Positions 47,665 through 58,287 of a stretch of 64,000 nt of DNA are shown here, in pieces. The stretch's first letter is position 1; each line of letters begins with the position of its first letter. This DNA is from Candidatus Uhrbacteria bacterium. GTDB taxonomy: Bacteria > Patescibacteriota > Patescibacteriia > UBA9934. A program made the position numbers and the translations under genes. The stretch is taken from contig CAWGHH010000002.1 in NCBI GenBank assembly GCA_963822405.1, forward strand, positions 266,766 through 330,765. Direction: 5' to 3'. The notes below the pieces were generated by a model, which was not told the origin of the DNA, did no database searches, and was given only the letters and a program-made list of their open reading frames with translations.

Positions 47665-48135
47665 TTACACGCGGCGAGCCCGACGTGGGCGGCAGCCGTT
47701 ATGCGCAACTGGAGTCAAGTCTTTGATTGAAAGCACATTGAAACCGCTGCCGTTCAAGGCGCGCAAAGCACCGTCACGACCATTCCCGATACCCGTCACA
47801 AAGACATGAATGTCCTTGAGGCCGAATAAGTTAGCTTTATCAGAAGCCTTCTTAACCACCACCGAGGCAGCATAAGGAGTAGCTTTCTTAGGACCCTTGA
47901 ATCCGCAGTTTCCAGCGGATGCCCAGGCGATAAGATTACCGTTCGGATCCGTGAGGGACACGATGGTGTTGTTAAAGCTAGCATGAATGTAAGCGCGACC
48001 AGCTGGGATTGGGCGCAAAGTGCGCTTCTTACCCTTAGCTGTCATCATCTTATCTGACTTTGGCTTAGCGCTAGTAACGACGGCTTCTCCAGCGCCATCT
48101 AATACGGGAGCGTCGATTTTTTCTTCTTCAGTCAT
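47665..48135 (-). CDS. rpsK: 30S ribosomal protein S11 (with about 29-aa N-terminal extension, or start at 48048)
   Basis: AYIHASFNNTIVSLTD...GFKGPKKATPYAA...VTGIGNGRDGALRAL. An alternative internal Met start is at 48048. Confidence 0.9.
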   Translation of the reverse strand: MTEEEKIDAPVLDGAGEAVVTSAKPKSDKMMTAKGKKRTLRPIPAGRAYIHASFNNTIVSLTDPNGNLIAWASAGNCGFKGPKKATPYAASVVVKKASDKANLFGLKDIHVFVTGIGNGRDGALRALNGSGFNVLSIKDLTPVAHNGCRPRRARRV

Positions 48136-48141
48136 AGGAGA

Positions 48142-48528
48142 TTAGGTCTTTGCTAGAACACGACGACCGCTACCGGCTGTCTTTCTGACGTTACCACGCG
48201 TAGTGCGGGAATTGGACTTTGTGCGCTGGCCACGAACCGGGAGGTTCTTTGAGTGGCGGATACCGCGACGAGCACCAATATCCTTTAGACGCTTAATGTT
48301 TGAAAGCTTTTCGCGGCGAAGTTCACCTTCTACGCGGAAATCTTTTTCAACGATAACGCGGATAGCGTTCTCTTGATCAAGAGTCAAGTCCTTAGCGCGG
48401 GTCTCTTCTGAGACACCTGCTTTCTTCAAAACGTCATGGGCGCGTGTCTGACCAACTCCATAAATGTATTGGAGTCCAATGACAATGCGCTTCTGAGCTG
48501 GGATTGTGACACCGGCGATTCTAGCCAT
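48142..48528 (-). CDS. rpsM: 30S ribosomal protein S13
   Basis: MARIAGVTIPAQKRIVIGLQYIYGVG. Confidence 0.95.
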   Translation of the reverse strand: MARIAGVTIPAQKRIVIGLQYIYGVGQTRAHDVLKKAGVSEETRAKDLTLDQENAIRVIVEKDFRVEGELRREKLSNIKRLKDIGARRGIRHSKNLPVRGQRTKSNSRTTRGNVRKTAGSGRRVLAKT

Positions 48529-48530
48529 AG

Positions 48531-48644
48531 TTAGCCTTGGCGCTGCTTATGCTTAGGAATTTTGCAAACTACGCGAACGCGGCCTTCCCGACGGATGACC
48601 TTGCAATCGCGACAGATTTTCTTAACAGATGAACGTACTTTCAT
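48531..48644 (-). CDS. rpmJ: 50S ribosomal protein L36
   Basis: Hand-translated: [37 protein letters not shown] (37 aa). Below the track cutoff. Confidence 0.85.
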   Translation of the reverse strand: MKVRSSVKKICRDCKVIRREGRVRVVCKIPKHKQRQG

Positions 48645-48721
48645 AAAATTTCCCTTTATGTTACGCAAAATCATCCGGAAAACTCCAAGGATGATTCTGT
48701 AGAAGCTAGAGATGCCGTTCG

Positions 48722-48937
48722 CTAGAAGCGGAACGTTATTCGAGCCTTGGTGAGATCATAGGGGCTGATCTCACACTTGACGTCATCACCGGGCATTACC
48801 CGGATGCGGTTCTTACGGAGTTTGCCCGCAAGGTGACCAATGACTTCCATGTCTGTTTCGAGTTTGATGCGGAAAGCTCCACCAGGAAGCGATTCCAACA
48901 CCTCACCACGCATTTCTAGAAAATCTTTTTCGGCCAT
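48722..48937 (-). CDS. infA: Translation initiation factor IF-1
   Basis: [71 protein letters not shown] (72 aa). The track ORF is extended upstream. Confidence 0.9.
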   Translation of the reverse strand: MAEKDFLEMRGEVLESLPGGAFRIKLETDMEVIGHLAGKLRKNRIRVMPGDDVKCEISPYDLTKARITFRF

Positions 48938-49028
48938 AGCCGTATTAATATACCAGAGTGCGCTTGGATTAAACAAGAAACCTCTACACAGAAATGCGGG
49001 GGAAGTGTACTCGTCCACCGCGGGAGTG

Positions 49029-50006
49029 TCAAGAAACACGGTGGATAGCGAATTCAACGATCTTCTTGGCTACGTCTAGCCCCGTTACCCGTTCTAGCTC
49101 CTTAAACCCAGGATTTGCGTTCACCTCCATTATTAGCGGTCCACGATTTGATCGAAGTATATCAACGCCGGCAATATCAAGTTTCATCGCCTGCGTTGCC
49201 TGAAGCGCAAGCTTGCGCTCTTCGTCGGTAAGTTCCGCTTGCTGTTCGGTCCCGTCTGGACTGCCGTTACTTCTAACCTCGCCAGACGCGGCATCGAACC
49301 GAATAGCTGCAACCACATCTTCGCCCACCACAAATGCTCGAACCGTCGATCTATTCGCTTCGTTAATGAACTCCTCGACCAGCACCGGATTACCGTCTCT
49401 AACTGCAAGATAATCTGCTATAGGAAAAAGAGTCTCTTTATTTTCAACGTAAAAAACTCCCGTACCCTTTGCTCCAAAAGCTACCTTCAACATGACAGGA
49501 TAGCCAATTACGTTCGCGGCCTCCACACAAGCCTTATAACCAAAAGCTATAGACCAATGAGGAATTGAAATGTTTGCAACGTGCAAGACGGCTCGCTGTA
49601 GAAGTTTATTCTTTGTTCTCAATATCCCTTCCCCACCATTCACCAGTTTGTATCCGGCCGTTTTTAATAAATCGTAAACAGCCTGATGCTGAGAGGGCTC
49701 CTCAATAAAATTCGCTCGAACAATAATCACATCAATCTCACCTAACGCAACCCCATCATTAAAAACAGCCACTGTGCCTTTTTGCTCTTCAAATCTTAAA
49801 TGTCCCTCTAACAATCTTACAGATTCATGCCCTAGCCCCAAAATAGCCTCTTCTAATCTTAAGGTCGAACTCAAAGCCCCAGTCGTCTCAACAGAATTCA
49901 AAATCCCGACGCGCATATGGTCTAACCGTAGCGCATCGGGATACTGTTTGGCAATAAGTGAGTTACTCGAGTTCAGGACATTGGAATTCTGGAACCTTGC
50001 CTCCAC
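49029..50006 (-). CDS. rimK: RimK-family ATP-grasp alpha-L-glutamate ligase
   Basis: C-terminal half closely follows E. coli RimK ([14 protein letters not shown]..., [22 protein letters not shown]). Overlaps the upstream gene by 44 nt. Confidence 0.8.
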   Translation of the reverse strand: MEARFQNSNVLNSSNSLIAKQYPDALRLDHMRVGILNSVETTGALSSTLRLEEAILGLGHESVRLLEGHLRFEEQKGTVAVFNDGVALGEIDVIIVRANFIEEPSQHQAVYDLLKTAGYKLVNGGEGILRTKNKLLQRAVLHVANISIPHWSIAFGYKACVEAANVIGYPVMLKVAFGAKGTGVFYVENKETLFPIADYLAVRDGNPVLVEEFINEANRSTVRAFVVGEDVVAAIRFDAASGEVRSNGSPDGTEQQAELTDEERKLALQATQAMKLDIAGVDILRSNRGPLIMEVNANPGFKELERVTGLDVAKKIVEFAIHRVS

Positions 50007-50598
50007 TCGGAGTAGCCGATTTCACACCAACATCCTTCGTGCCGGCGTTGAAAATATACGAGTAAGGTCGCACAGCTTCTGTGAAGGCCGAATGATCGAT
50101 ATCCGTGCCCAACGCTGCATACTTCTGCAAAACAGCCGAAAGACCATGCGCTGCATTCACCGTAAGGAGATAAGGCTCGCTTAATTTGTCATCTTCCAAA
50201 AGAGCAATAAGTTGATTGAACTTTGTGTCCTGTTTCTTGATGAACGCGTAGTCCTCAGCAAATGTTGGTGCACTCTCCGCATCTCCTCTCATGAAAAAAC
50301 CATTAAACATGCCCTCGATATCGACAATCAAACACATCGCATCATTACTCACGAAGGCTGATGGATATGCATAATTTGAAGTGTCAGCCTGATTGTTCTT
50401 TGCGATTCCAGCATTAAGCGCTGCGATGACGGATGCGGAAAGTGGCTTGTTAGATCCCAACTCACGAGCAATGTCTGCACTCGTAACAGCATGCGGAATC
50501 TGACTCGCCACAAGTAATGACCCGAAGGCTAGACCAACAACCGAACCAAGCAACATGCCCGGAATAAAGTGGGCGAGGAAATGAGATTTTGATTCCAT
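49963..50598 (-). CDS. Signal-anchored extracytoplasmic protein, 211 aa (paralogous N-terminus with next gene)
   Basis: MESKSHFLAHFIPGMLLGSVVGLAFGSLLVASQIPH, then a non-repetitive domain. N-terminal 36 aa is near-identical to that of 50600-51412. Confidence 0.5.
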   Translation of the reverse strand: MESKSHFLAHFIPGMLLGSVVGLAFGSLLVASQIPHAVTSADIARELGSNKPLSASVIAALNAGIAKNNQADTSNYAYPSAFVSNDAMCLIVDIEGMFNGFFMRGDAESAPTFAEDYAFIKKQDTKFNQLIALLEDDKLSEPYLLTVNAAHGLSAVLQKYAALGTDIDHSAFTEAVRPYSYIFNAGTKDVGVKSATPSGGKVPEFQCPELE

Positions 50599-50599
50599 A

Positions 50600-51412
50600 T
50601 TAATTCATCATGCTAGCCTCAACGTCCACGGTCTCATTGTCCGTCCAACCGTTCATCATCCAGGCCTCGCCAAAAGAAGTGTGAATAGGGCCGTCGCCTT
50701 TATAGCCACCAAATGTCCTGGTCTTCATGTCGAAGATCCACAAAATACCTCGTTCTGACATGGCGTTACCAAGAGCAGCTACAACGGCGATCTTAGAACC
50801 GTCAGGTGAGAACTTAGCGTCGAACTGCGTGTAATGCTGATCCGGGAGAGCGTATGTTTGAACATCGTTCGCGTCATCAATCGCTCGAATCTGCAACGAG
50901 ATCGTCGGTCCGATATCTTGGAAAAACTGTGCCAAGTATTTTTCGTCCGGGGAAATGTCGAGCCCCTGGCGAATACCCCCCTGTCCGAAAGTCGGATCAA
51001 GCAGTCGATCAACCTTACCAGTACAAGTATTCACTCGAATCATGTCATATGTCACTGGATACAAAATGTAACCGCCAAGGCCATCTGGATTAAAATCAAG
51101 ATAGGCATTTATAGAAGCAGAATTAACTTGATAAAAGTTCCCAGCATTAAAGAGACCGTTCGGAAAATCTACTTCAGAAATTTTCTTGTCCTTCAAATAT
51201 ATACCAAAGTTGTGTTCGTCGAGAGCCTTCCAGGAAAGATCCTTAAACGAACCAACACAATCACTCGTCACAGCACCACCTTGCGCCAACTGCTTGGTTG
51301 CAGAATGTGGAATCTGACTCGCTACAAGCAACGAACCAAACGCGAGACCAACAACTGAACCGAGAAGAATGCCGGGAATAAAGTGAACGAGAAAATGGGA
51401 TTTGGATTGCAT
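50600..51412 (-). CDS. Signal-anchored protein with WD40-like (TolB-type) beta-propeller repeats
   Basis: MQSKSHFLVHFIPGILLGSVVGLAFGSLLVASQIPH anchor. Repeats DISPDEKYLAQFF and FSPDGSKIAVVAALG typical of TolB-like propellers. Confidence 0.55.
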   Translation of the reverse strand: MQSKSHFLVHFIPGILLGSVVGLAFGSLLVASQIPHSATKQLAQGGAVTSDCVGSFKDLSWKALDEHNFGIYLKDKKISEVDFPNGLFNAGNFYQVNSASINAYLDFNPDGLGGYILYPVTYDMIRVNTCTGKVDRLLDPTFGQGGIRQGLDISPDEKYLAQFFQDIGPTISLQIRAIDDANDVQTYALPDQHYTQFDAKFSPDGSKIAVVAALGNAMSERGILWIFDMKTRTFGGYKGDGPIHTSFGEAWMMNGWTDNETVDVEASMMN

Positions 51413-51500
51413 ATACTAGGAAGTATACACGATCCAATATCCCATTTTTAGGCCTTTCGCCTACGCTCAAGGACTTTATGTGCACCATCTCATTCAAATA

Positions 51501-53277
51501 CTATCCGAGTATCGCCTTAATCCGTCTCACGCCCGAAGACACCGCCTCTTCTTTTTGGATCTTGAATCCGCCAAGCTCGCCGGTATGAGTGACGTGCGGG
51601 CCGCCGCAGATTTCTTTAGAATAGTCGCCGACAGAATAGACGTTGATCTTGCCACCTATGTTCGCATACTTATCTTCGAACAAACCAATTGCCCCGCTGG
51701 CTTTCGCTTCCTCAACGGTTAGTTGCTCGGCTTTCACTGGCATGTCTTTCTTGATCTGTTCGTTCACTATGGCCTCGACCTTCGCAATTTCTTCCGGCGT
51801 CATCTTGGTGTTATGCGAAAAATCGAAACGCAAACGTTCGGCAGTGATGTTACTGCCCTTTTGTTCAACATGAGGGCCGAGGACGTCGCGAAGTGCTTGA
51901 TGCAAAATATGCGTCGCGGTGTGTAGGCGAGTAGTTTCAACAGAGTGATCAGCGAGTCCGCCGGCAAATTTCTTTTCAGCGCCTTGTCGAGATAGATCCT
52001 GGTGCTTCTTGAATTCAGCGGCGAATGCCTCGCGGTCGACTTCTTGGCCCTGCTCATGTGCGAGCTCGTGAGTTACTTCGAGCGGGAAACCGTAAGATTG
52101 ATAAAGATTAAACGCGTCTTCACCAGAAATAGCTTTGTTCTTTTCAAACATCTTCTGGAATTCTCGAAGGCCCTGCGCAAGTGTCTTCTCGAATTTCATT
52201 GCCTCGGTGCTCAGACCGGAAACGATCAGCTCGCGCTTCTCGACCAACATTGGATACGCCTCGCCGAGTGAAGCGACGATCTCGTCGACAACTGGACCGA
52301 TCAATTTCTGCGTGTCGATTCCGAGTTTCTTGGCGTGACGGATTGCTCGACGGATTAATCGACGGAGAATATATCCCTGGTCTTTATTAGAAGGTTCGAC
52401 GCCATCCATGAACATGATAGACGCGGCGCGAAGATGGTCAGCAATAATGCGCATTGACTTCATAGTCTCTGGCGCAGCCGCATATTCGAAACCGGATAAT
52501 TCCTCAAGCTTCTTCAAAATGTTCGTGAACAGCTCAGTCTCATACACGTTCGCGCGATGCTGGAGAGCGACGATCGTACGCTCCATGCCCATGCCAGTAT
52601 CCACGCTACCATGTTCAAGCGGCATCAAAGTGCCATCTTCTTGTTTATTGAATTGCATGAACACGTTATTCCAAATTTCCATCCAACGCTTGTCCTTTGG
52701 ATCATAAATAGCCGGTGGCTCCTCAGAACTCGTCCAATAAAAAATTTCCGTGTCTGGTCCGCACTGGTCCAGTCTTCCCCGCCGGTCCCCACCAGTTGTC
52801 TTCTTTTCCGAGCCTCGCGATCCGGTCGGCCGACACACCAAGACGAATCCAATGATCGTATGCTTCTTGATCGAACGGTGTATTCGCGTCTCCCTCGAAC
52901 ACCGTGAACGACAAATGTGTAAGAGGAATATTCAACCAATCTTTACTCGTCAAAAATTCAAAAGACCATTCTATAGATTCTTTCTTAAAATAATCGCCAA
53001 GGGACCAGTTACCCAACATGGTAAAAAATGTGAGGTGCGTGTTGTCGCCCACGTCATCAATGTCGCCGGTTCTAATGCAGCGTTGATAATCGACTAGTCG
53101 CTTCCCCGCTGGATGCGGCTCGCCCAAAAGATACGGCACAAGCGGATGCATACCCGCGGTCGTAAACAGAACAGTCGGATCATTTACCGGCACAACGGAA
53201 GCCGATGGAATTTCGACATGATTCTTTGATTTGAAGAACTCGACGTATTTCTTTCGGAGGTCGTTGGCGGTTATCAT
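51501..53277 (-). pseudogene. alaS: Alanine--tRNA ligase, split into two ORFs by an apparent 1-nt frameshift
   Basis: N-terminal ORF from [15 protein letters not shown], ...[26 protein letters not shown]...[12 protein letters not shown]-terminal ORF 51501-52841 resumes GPDTEIFYW...editing domain (HTATHILH, CGGPHV). Removing a g at about 52763 gives the canonical [11 protein letters not shown]. Confidence 0.8.
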
Positions 53278-53362
53278 AGATGGGAAAATGGTAACGTATT
53301 TGAGAAACTTTCGCAATAAAACATAAGCCGCCGGGGAATACCCGACGGCACATACGAAGTGC

Positions 53363-53548
53363 TCACCATCCGAACCGCTCGACGACCTTTCCAACCAACC
53401 AAGATCCCAACAGGGCGACACCAATGATGATCGGAAAAGCCACACACATGACACCGATGTCAGTCCAAGTAGTTGGACCAGAAGCGTCCTCGCCCCGACC
53501 AATGAGGTCAGGAAATGCATTCGCAACCGAGACTAAAAAGAACAACAT
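53363..53548 (-). CDS. Small membrane protein, 61 aa
   Basis: Track ORF with two hydrophobic segments. SD-like GGAGGTG 3 nt upstream of the ATG on the minus strand. Confidence 0.35.
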   Translation of the reverse strand: MLFFLVSVANAFPDLIGRGEDASGPTTWTDIGVMCVAFPIIIGVALLGSWLVGKVVERFGW

Positions 53549-53584
53549 TCACACCTCCGCGCCAGAGGGTAACAGAATACAAAA

Positions 53585-55207
53585 TTATGTACCAGCTGGA
53601 CCCATGTCCCCAACTTCGGCCGGCTGGGCGGCTTTGAGGAATTTTCTTTGTAAGCCAGCCGTGATGCTTCGTAGCTCGGGGCTCTTCAAGAAATAGGCCG
53701 CTAACAAGTAGACGCCTCCACCAACCAAACTCGCCACTGAAAATTGCAAAAAGACATTCGCAAAAGTATCAAGCGTGATGTAACGCACAATCGCGTACTT
53801 TGCACCTTGAGTAGCAAAGGCTGAAAGAATACCGGAGAGCGAAAAGACAAAAACAGAATAGAGAATCTTCTTTTCATCAAGTCCGCCAATTTTGTGATGA
53901 AGAAATACCCAGAGAAAAGCCGTCTGGATCATAGCCGCACCAGTGAAAGCAATGGCCAGACCGAATAACCCGTAAGCGTGCGAAAGTGGAAAAGCAACTG
54001 CCACCGCTAACGCTCCACCAAATAGTGCAATGATAAACGGCGTCAAAGTGTCTTCAAGCGCGTAATACATTCTGACCAGAATAAAATTTGCCGCTTGTGC
54101 AAAAAAACTGATCGCAAAAATGGCGAGCGTATCTGCAATTAACACCGTCGACGTCCAATCCAAACCATCTGCGCCGTAGACCACACGCACTAACTGCGCT
54201 CGCAAAAGCAAAAATAGTACAGTTGCTGGAATCATGTAAAACATTACCTGGCGCATGGTGAGAGAAAATGAAGCGCGCATACCGGCTATGTCATTAACTG
54301 CGGCGCGTTCACAAAAAGTTGGATAGGCGGCAATAGCGTAAGAAACTGCCACAATACCAATCGGGACAAAGTTCAAAGTGTAAGCAAGATTAAAATCTCG
54401 AACAGCGCCATCGGCAATAGTTGTGGCAATCACGCTCATGAGCAAGAACTCGACCTGATTCACCGCCAAACCAAGAACCCGCGGAACCGTCTGTTTGGCC
54501 GTCAGCACCAAATCTGGATCTCGAAGTTTCAAGTATGGCTGGTAACGGTAACCAACTGAAATTGCGCCAACAAGCTGGACGAGCATGTGTAAAAATGAAC
54601 CAAGCACTACGCCCCAAGCCAAACCAATCGGACCAGTGATTGGCACAATGAACAAGGCACCGAGAATGATACCGGCGTTATAAACAATTGGCGCAAAGGC
54701 CGGAAGAAAAAACCTTTTAGTTCCTTGAAGAATCGAACCAAAAACAATCGACGCTGCAAAAAACAATTGACCCAAGAAAATAATTCGCGTCATCTGCGCC
54801 ACCGCCGCCTGTTTTTCAGGTGACCAAGTTGGGGCGAGAGCCGGCGCAATCCACGGAGCGAACGCAATAACAAAACCAGAAATGACAATGAAAATTAATA
54901 GAACCAAGTGAAGAACATTATTCGTATACTTCCAAGCACGCGCCTTATCATCACTAGCCCAAGCCTTAGTGAACACCGGAATGAAACTTGCAGAAATTGC
55001 CCCGACAACTAGCAGCTGAAACAGCAAATCTGGCAAGCGAAAAGACTGATAATAAACGTCTAGCACATTGGCCGATTGCCCGTTGAATGCCCCGATCAGC
55101 ACACGATCGCGAATAAGACCCGCCACGCGAGACAACAGAGACATTGCTCCTACAATAAAAGCAGCGGAAGCTACAGTAGATGACGCACTAAACAATTTCC
55201 TGATCAT
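53585..55207 (-). CDS. murJ: Lipid II flippase MurJ (MviN)
   Basis: 540 aa, 14 TM. MOP-family pattern with conserved Arg/Asp in TM1-2 region ([11 protein letters not shown]). Confidence 0.85.
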   Translation of the reverse strand: MIRKLFSASSTVASAAFIVGAMSLLSRVAGLIRDRVLIGAFNGQSANVLDVYYQSFRLPDLLFQLLVVGAISASFIPVFTKAWASDDKARAWKYTNNVLHLVLLIFIVISGFVIAFAPWIAPALAPTWSPEKQAAVAQMTRIIFLGQLFFAASIVFGSILQGTKRFFLPAFAPIVYNAGIILGALFIVPITGPIGLAWGVVLGSFLHMLVQLVGAISVGYRYQPYLKLRDPDLVLTAKQTVPRVLGLAVNQVEFLLMSVIATTIADGAVRDFNLAYTLNFVPIGIVAVSYAIAAYPTFCERAAVNDIAGMRASFSLTMRQVMFYMIPATVLFLLLRAQLVRVVYGADGLDWTSTVLIADTLAIFAISFFAQAANFILVRMYYALEDTLTPFIIALFGGALAVAVAFPLSHAYGLFGLAIAFTGAAMIQTAFLWVFLHHKIGGLDEKKILYSVFVFSLSGILSAFATQGAKYAIVRYITLDTFANVFLQFSVASLVGGGVYLLAAYFLKSPELRSITAGLQRKFLKAAQPAEVGDMGPAGT

Positions 55208-56490
55208 ACCTCTTGTAGGCGACGAAGGCGGTAGATGTAGATAAGAAGAGCAAGCAAGAGCAAGACAAGCAGAGAAAGCACTAGATCAACGAGCGGGTTA
55301 CCAAGATGAAAGAACGAAATGTTAATCATCTGCGAATCAGTAAACATTTTACCGCCATCCGTAGCCACCGCCAGAGTCACTTTGTAATCACCAGAACGTG
55401 GGAATACATGAGTCACTTTGCTTTCAACACTAGTCGAACCATCACCAAAGTCCCAGCCGAATGCCCCAGCCACCTCGCCTTGTGGCTTAGCGTTAAACTC
55501 ATAAGTTCGCCAATCTATCTGTCTATAACTAAATCGAGCGTCTGGAGAAAGTTTGAGATTTCCCAAGGTAATTGGAGTGGCAGCGTCTTCAGTGGCGGAG
55601 TTAGGCGACACCAAATCCGTACCTAACACACCCGAAGAAATATCAGCCACTGCCAGATCAGTTCCGCCGTTATCCGGTGTGCTCGATTCAACCGGGTCAG
55701 CGCCTCCCTGCTCGTCAGTGATTCCGGCAACTACTGGAACAGGATTCTTTGCGGGAGTCGTCACGTGAGTTGGAGTTGGCCCGCCGGTCGAACTTCCACT
55801 AGACGATCCGTTCGAGCTTCCACCAGGAGCCACTGCCACAACAACCGGCGGCGGGTTAGTTGAACGTGTTGAATCAAGCGGAAAAGCATCGCTTCCGTCA
55901 GGTGAACCGTCACCATCAGTATCCGGATTAGTTGGCGAAGTTCCGTTCGCAATTTCAGTTGTATCAGGGGTGCCATCGTTGTCATCATCACTGTCACAAG
56001 CATTGCCGGCACCGTCATGATCAGTATCAAGCTGATCAGCGTTAGAAATATTTGGGCAATTATCTGTGTCATCAGCTATCCCGTCATGATCGCCATCAAT
56101 AATTGGCGTATAGAGCGGAGTCATAGCCTCATCATTAGCAGCTACTACATCCGCCGGATCTTGTCCCTGAATTCTCGCAAGAATATTAAACGGACTTTGC
56201 GGAACAATATAGTCCACAAAAACATCGTCACCGTTACCACCGGCCACAACCGAAACTATCTGGCTAGTGCCAACTAATTGACTACCTTGATAAAAAAATA
56301 CCTGAGCTGTCATGTCTACCTCGCCCTCATTTTTAATAGTGGCGTAGATACGGATGTGATCTCCGGCGTACAAAGTACTCTTTGAGAAGTGAATGCTCGA
56401 GGCCTTGATTGAAAGGTCAGGTGACGCAGCTAAAGCCGAAAACGGCAGAAGCGTCAGACACATGACGACAAGCGAAAGAAAATATCGCAT
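55204..56490 (-). CDS. Cell-surface protein: CARDB-like N-domain, thrombospondin type-3 Ca-binding repeats, PKD domain, C-terminal TM anchor
   Basis: Signal peptide. TSP3 repeats [41 protein letters not shown] motif WDFGDGSTS...[15 protein letters not shown]-terminal [18 protein letters not shown]. Confidence 0.7.
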   Translation of the reverse strand: MRYFLSLVVMCLTLLPFSALAASPDLSIKASSIHFSKSTLYAGDHIRIYATIKNEGEVDMTAQVFFYQGSQLVGTSQIVSVVAGGNGDDVFVDYIVPQSPFNILARIQGQDPADVVAANDEAMTPLYTPIIDGDHDGIADDTDNCPNISNADQLDTDHDGAGNACDSDDDNDGTPDTTEIANGTSPTNPDTDGDGSPDGSDAFPLDSTRSTNPPPVVVAVAPGGSSNGSSSGSSTGGPTPTHVTTPAKNPVPVVAGITDEQGGADPVESSTPDNGGTDLAVADISSGVLGTDLVSPNSATEDAATPITLGNLKLSPDARFSYRQIDWRTYEFNAKPQGEVAGAFGWDFGDGSTSVESKVTHVFPRSGDYKVTLAVATDGGKMFTDSQMINISFFHLGNPLVDLVLSLLVLLLLALLIYIYRLRRLQEV

Positions 56491-56518
56491 AGTTGTATAT
56501 TTCCTTTATTGTAGCACG

Positions 56519-57238
56519 TTATGCCTCATTTTGCTTCTTGTAGCCAAACTCGTATTTAAACCAATTATGACGAATGGGACCAAGGAAAAGGATGTGAAGT
56601 TCAGCAATGAGATACTTTGCCACCGTCGTCAATCCCCCATCGCGAGTCAATCTACGATTCGTCACGCCAATTTTCACGCCATTAATTACTCCGAACGGCA
56701 TAATTTTGTTCGCTCGCTTCCCGTAATCATTATCTTCGCAAAATAAAACCGACGGATCAAATCCGTTAACCGCCTCGTGCACACTTCGACGCACTAAAAT
56801 ACATCCGCCCATCACGTGCGAGTTACGTGCGCCCCACATACGTACATACGCGTTGTAAACTTTGTGACCAAAGTGTTCCAAGAACGAACCGTGAACTAGT
56901 TGCAGGTCGAATGTCCCGACCCCTAACTGTCGCTTTTCAAAATCTGCAATTGCAATTTCGAAAAACTTTGGATCAGGCAAAACTATGTCTGCGTCAATAA
57001 AAAATATCAAATCGCTCTTCGTTACTTGCGCCCCAGCATTTCTTCCTGGCCCGGGTAAACCACCTTCAACAACCCGCATCCCCGCCGCCTCCGCAATCTG
57101 CGTAGTTCGGTCTGTGGAGCCCGCGTCCGCGAGCACGATCTCACTTGGCTGCAAAGTCTGCAGTTTCAATGACTCAATCAAATCTGGCAAATACTCTTCC
57201 TCGTTCTTAGTTGGAATCACGACGACGAATGTTGGCAT
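56519..57238 (-). CDS. Glycosyltransferase family 2
   Basis: FVVVIPTKNEEEYL, EIVLADAGSTDRT, DADIVLP. Confidence 0.75.
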   Translation of the reverse strand: MPTFVVVIPTKNEEEYLPDLIESLKLQTLQPSEIVLADAGSTDRTTQIAEAAGMRVVEGGLPGPGRNAGAQVTKSDLIFFIDADIVLPDPKFFEIAIADFEKRQLGVGTFDLQLVHGSFLEHFGHKVYNAYVRMWGARNSHVMGGCILVRRSVHEAVNGFDPSVLFCEDNDYGKRANKIMPFGVINGVKIGVTNRRLTRDGGLTTVAKYLIAELHILFLGPIRHNWFKYEFGYKKQNEA

Positions 57239-57257
57239 AGAATGGTTTTAAACTTTC

Positions 57258-57334
57258 TGGTGCGCTCAGGACGATTCGAACGTCCGACCCCTTCCTTCGG
57301 AGGGAAGTACTCTATCCAGCTGAGCTATGAGCGC
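57258..57334 (-). tRNA. tRNA-Arg (anticodon CCG), CCA encoded
   Basis: Minus-strand GCGCTCATAGCTCAGCTGGATAGAGTACTTCCCTCCGAAGGAAGGGGTCGGACGTTCGAATCGTCCTGAGCGCACCA. Cloverleaf with anticodon loop CTCCGAA. Close to E. coli tRNA-Arg(CCG). Confidence 0.9.
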
Positions 57335-57753
57335 GTCATTATGTACATTGCCACACCTGAAGCGACCGATACATTGAGCGATTGTTTCTTCGCCATGGGA
57401 ATCGTCACGAGTCCGTCGAGCAGTCCTCGAGCCACCTCGTCTATTCCCTCAACTTCGTTTCCAAGCACAAGAGCAATCTTCTGTGCCGTCGTGTTTTCGA
57501 TCGGCCGGCCACCCGTTTCCAAACCAAGAACAGAATAACCCGCTTCCTTGAGTTTCGCAATAATGTCGGTCAGCTCCCCCGTCTCCCAACTTACCAACTG
57601 TTCAGCGCCAAGCGCTACTTTTGCTATCTCTTTTCTGGGCGGAGTTGCCGTAAAACCAGTTAAGTACAGTTTCTCAATACCAAAGGCTGCAGCGTTTCTA
57701 AAGATTGATCCAATATTATGCAGGCTTCTAATGTTATGCGCGATGATAATCAT
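57325..57753 (-). CDS. SpoU/TrmH-family RNA 2'-O-methyltransferase
   Basis: 142 aa. IIIAHNIRSLHNIGSIFRNAAAFG, LVLGNEVEGI, SLNVSVASGVAMY (SPOUT knot motifs). Last 10 nt overlap the tRNA 5' end. Confidence 0.7.
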   Translation of the reverse strand: MIIIAHNIRSLHNIGSIFRNAAAFGIEKLYLTGFTATPPRKEIAKVALGAEQLVSWETGELTDIIAKLKEAGYSVLGLETGGRPIENTTAQKIALVLGNEVEGIDEVARGLLDGLVTIPMAKKQSLNVSVASGVAMYIMTRS

Positions 57754-57790
57754 ATTTTTTGTTATATTGAGTTTTTCACACTTTTATCTT

Positions 57791-58174
57791 ATGCTCAAGG
57801 TGGCTCAGCAAAGGAGGGCCACCATGGATGGGTCACCAACGCCCGCTCCGCCGGTTTCTCCGGTAGACATGGAAGAGCTGAAGAGCATCTGCTCCCTGAT
57901 CCAGGCAGGACGAATTACCTGGGATGACATTGTCGCGCTCCACGAGCTCGGACTGGTGAAGAGGCACGCAGCCTTCATACCCGCCGCAGCCCGTTCAAAG
58001 GACGAACAGGAACTCGCCCTAAAAGTGCACGACGTCCTCATGGCTAAACACGGCCAAGAGATTCAATTCCCGAGCGTCATGGACACGCTCATCACCCTTC
58101 TCTTCGATCGCCCGATCGGCCGACTCCCGAATCTCTTCAAGAAATTCGTCGAAGAAGCCAAAAAAGCGGCGTAG
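57791..58174 (+). CDS. Hypothetical protein, about 127 aa, GC-rich
   Basis: Internal start MLKVAQQRRATMDGSPTPAPP... of track ORF 57548. The upstream part of that ORF looks non-coding. No family recognised. Confidence 0.35.
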   Translation: MLKVAQQRRATMDGSPTPAPPVSPVDMEELKSICSLIQAGRITWDDIVALHELGLVKRHAAFIPAAARSKDEQELALKVHDVLMAKHGQEIQFPSVMDTLITLLFDRPIGRLPNLFKKFVEEAKKAA

Positions 58175-58287
58175 GAGACATGCCTAGGCATGCAACCGTC
58201 ACCACGCGTCCGCGCGGCTATAGGCCCCGCGGACGCTTCCCTTTTAGATTGACTTTCCCAAAAAAATTAGCTATCCTCAGCAAATCT

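Noticed and set aside
53278-53584. T-box or other leader RNA upstream of alaS
   Set aside because: No T-box consensus (AATTAGGGTGGTACCGCG or its complement) is present. The region instead holds a small ORF with a good SD.
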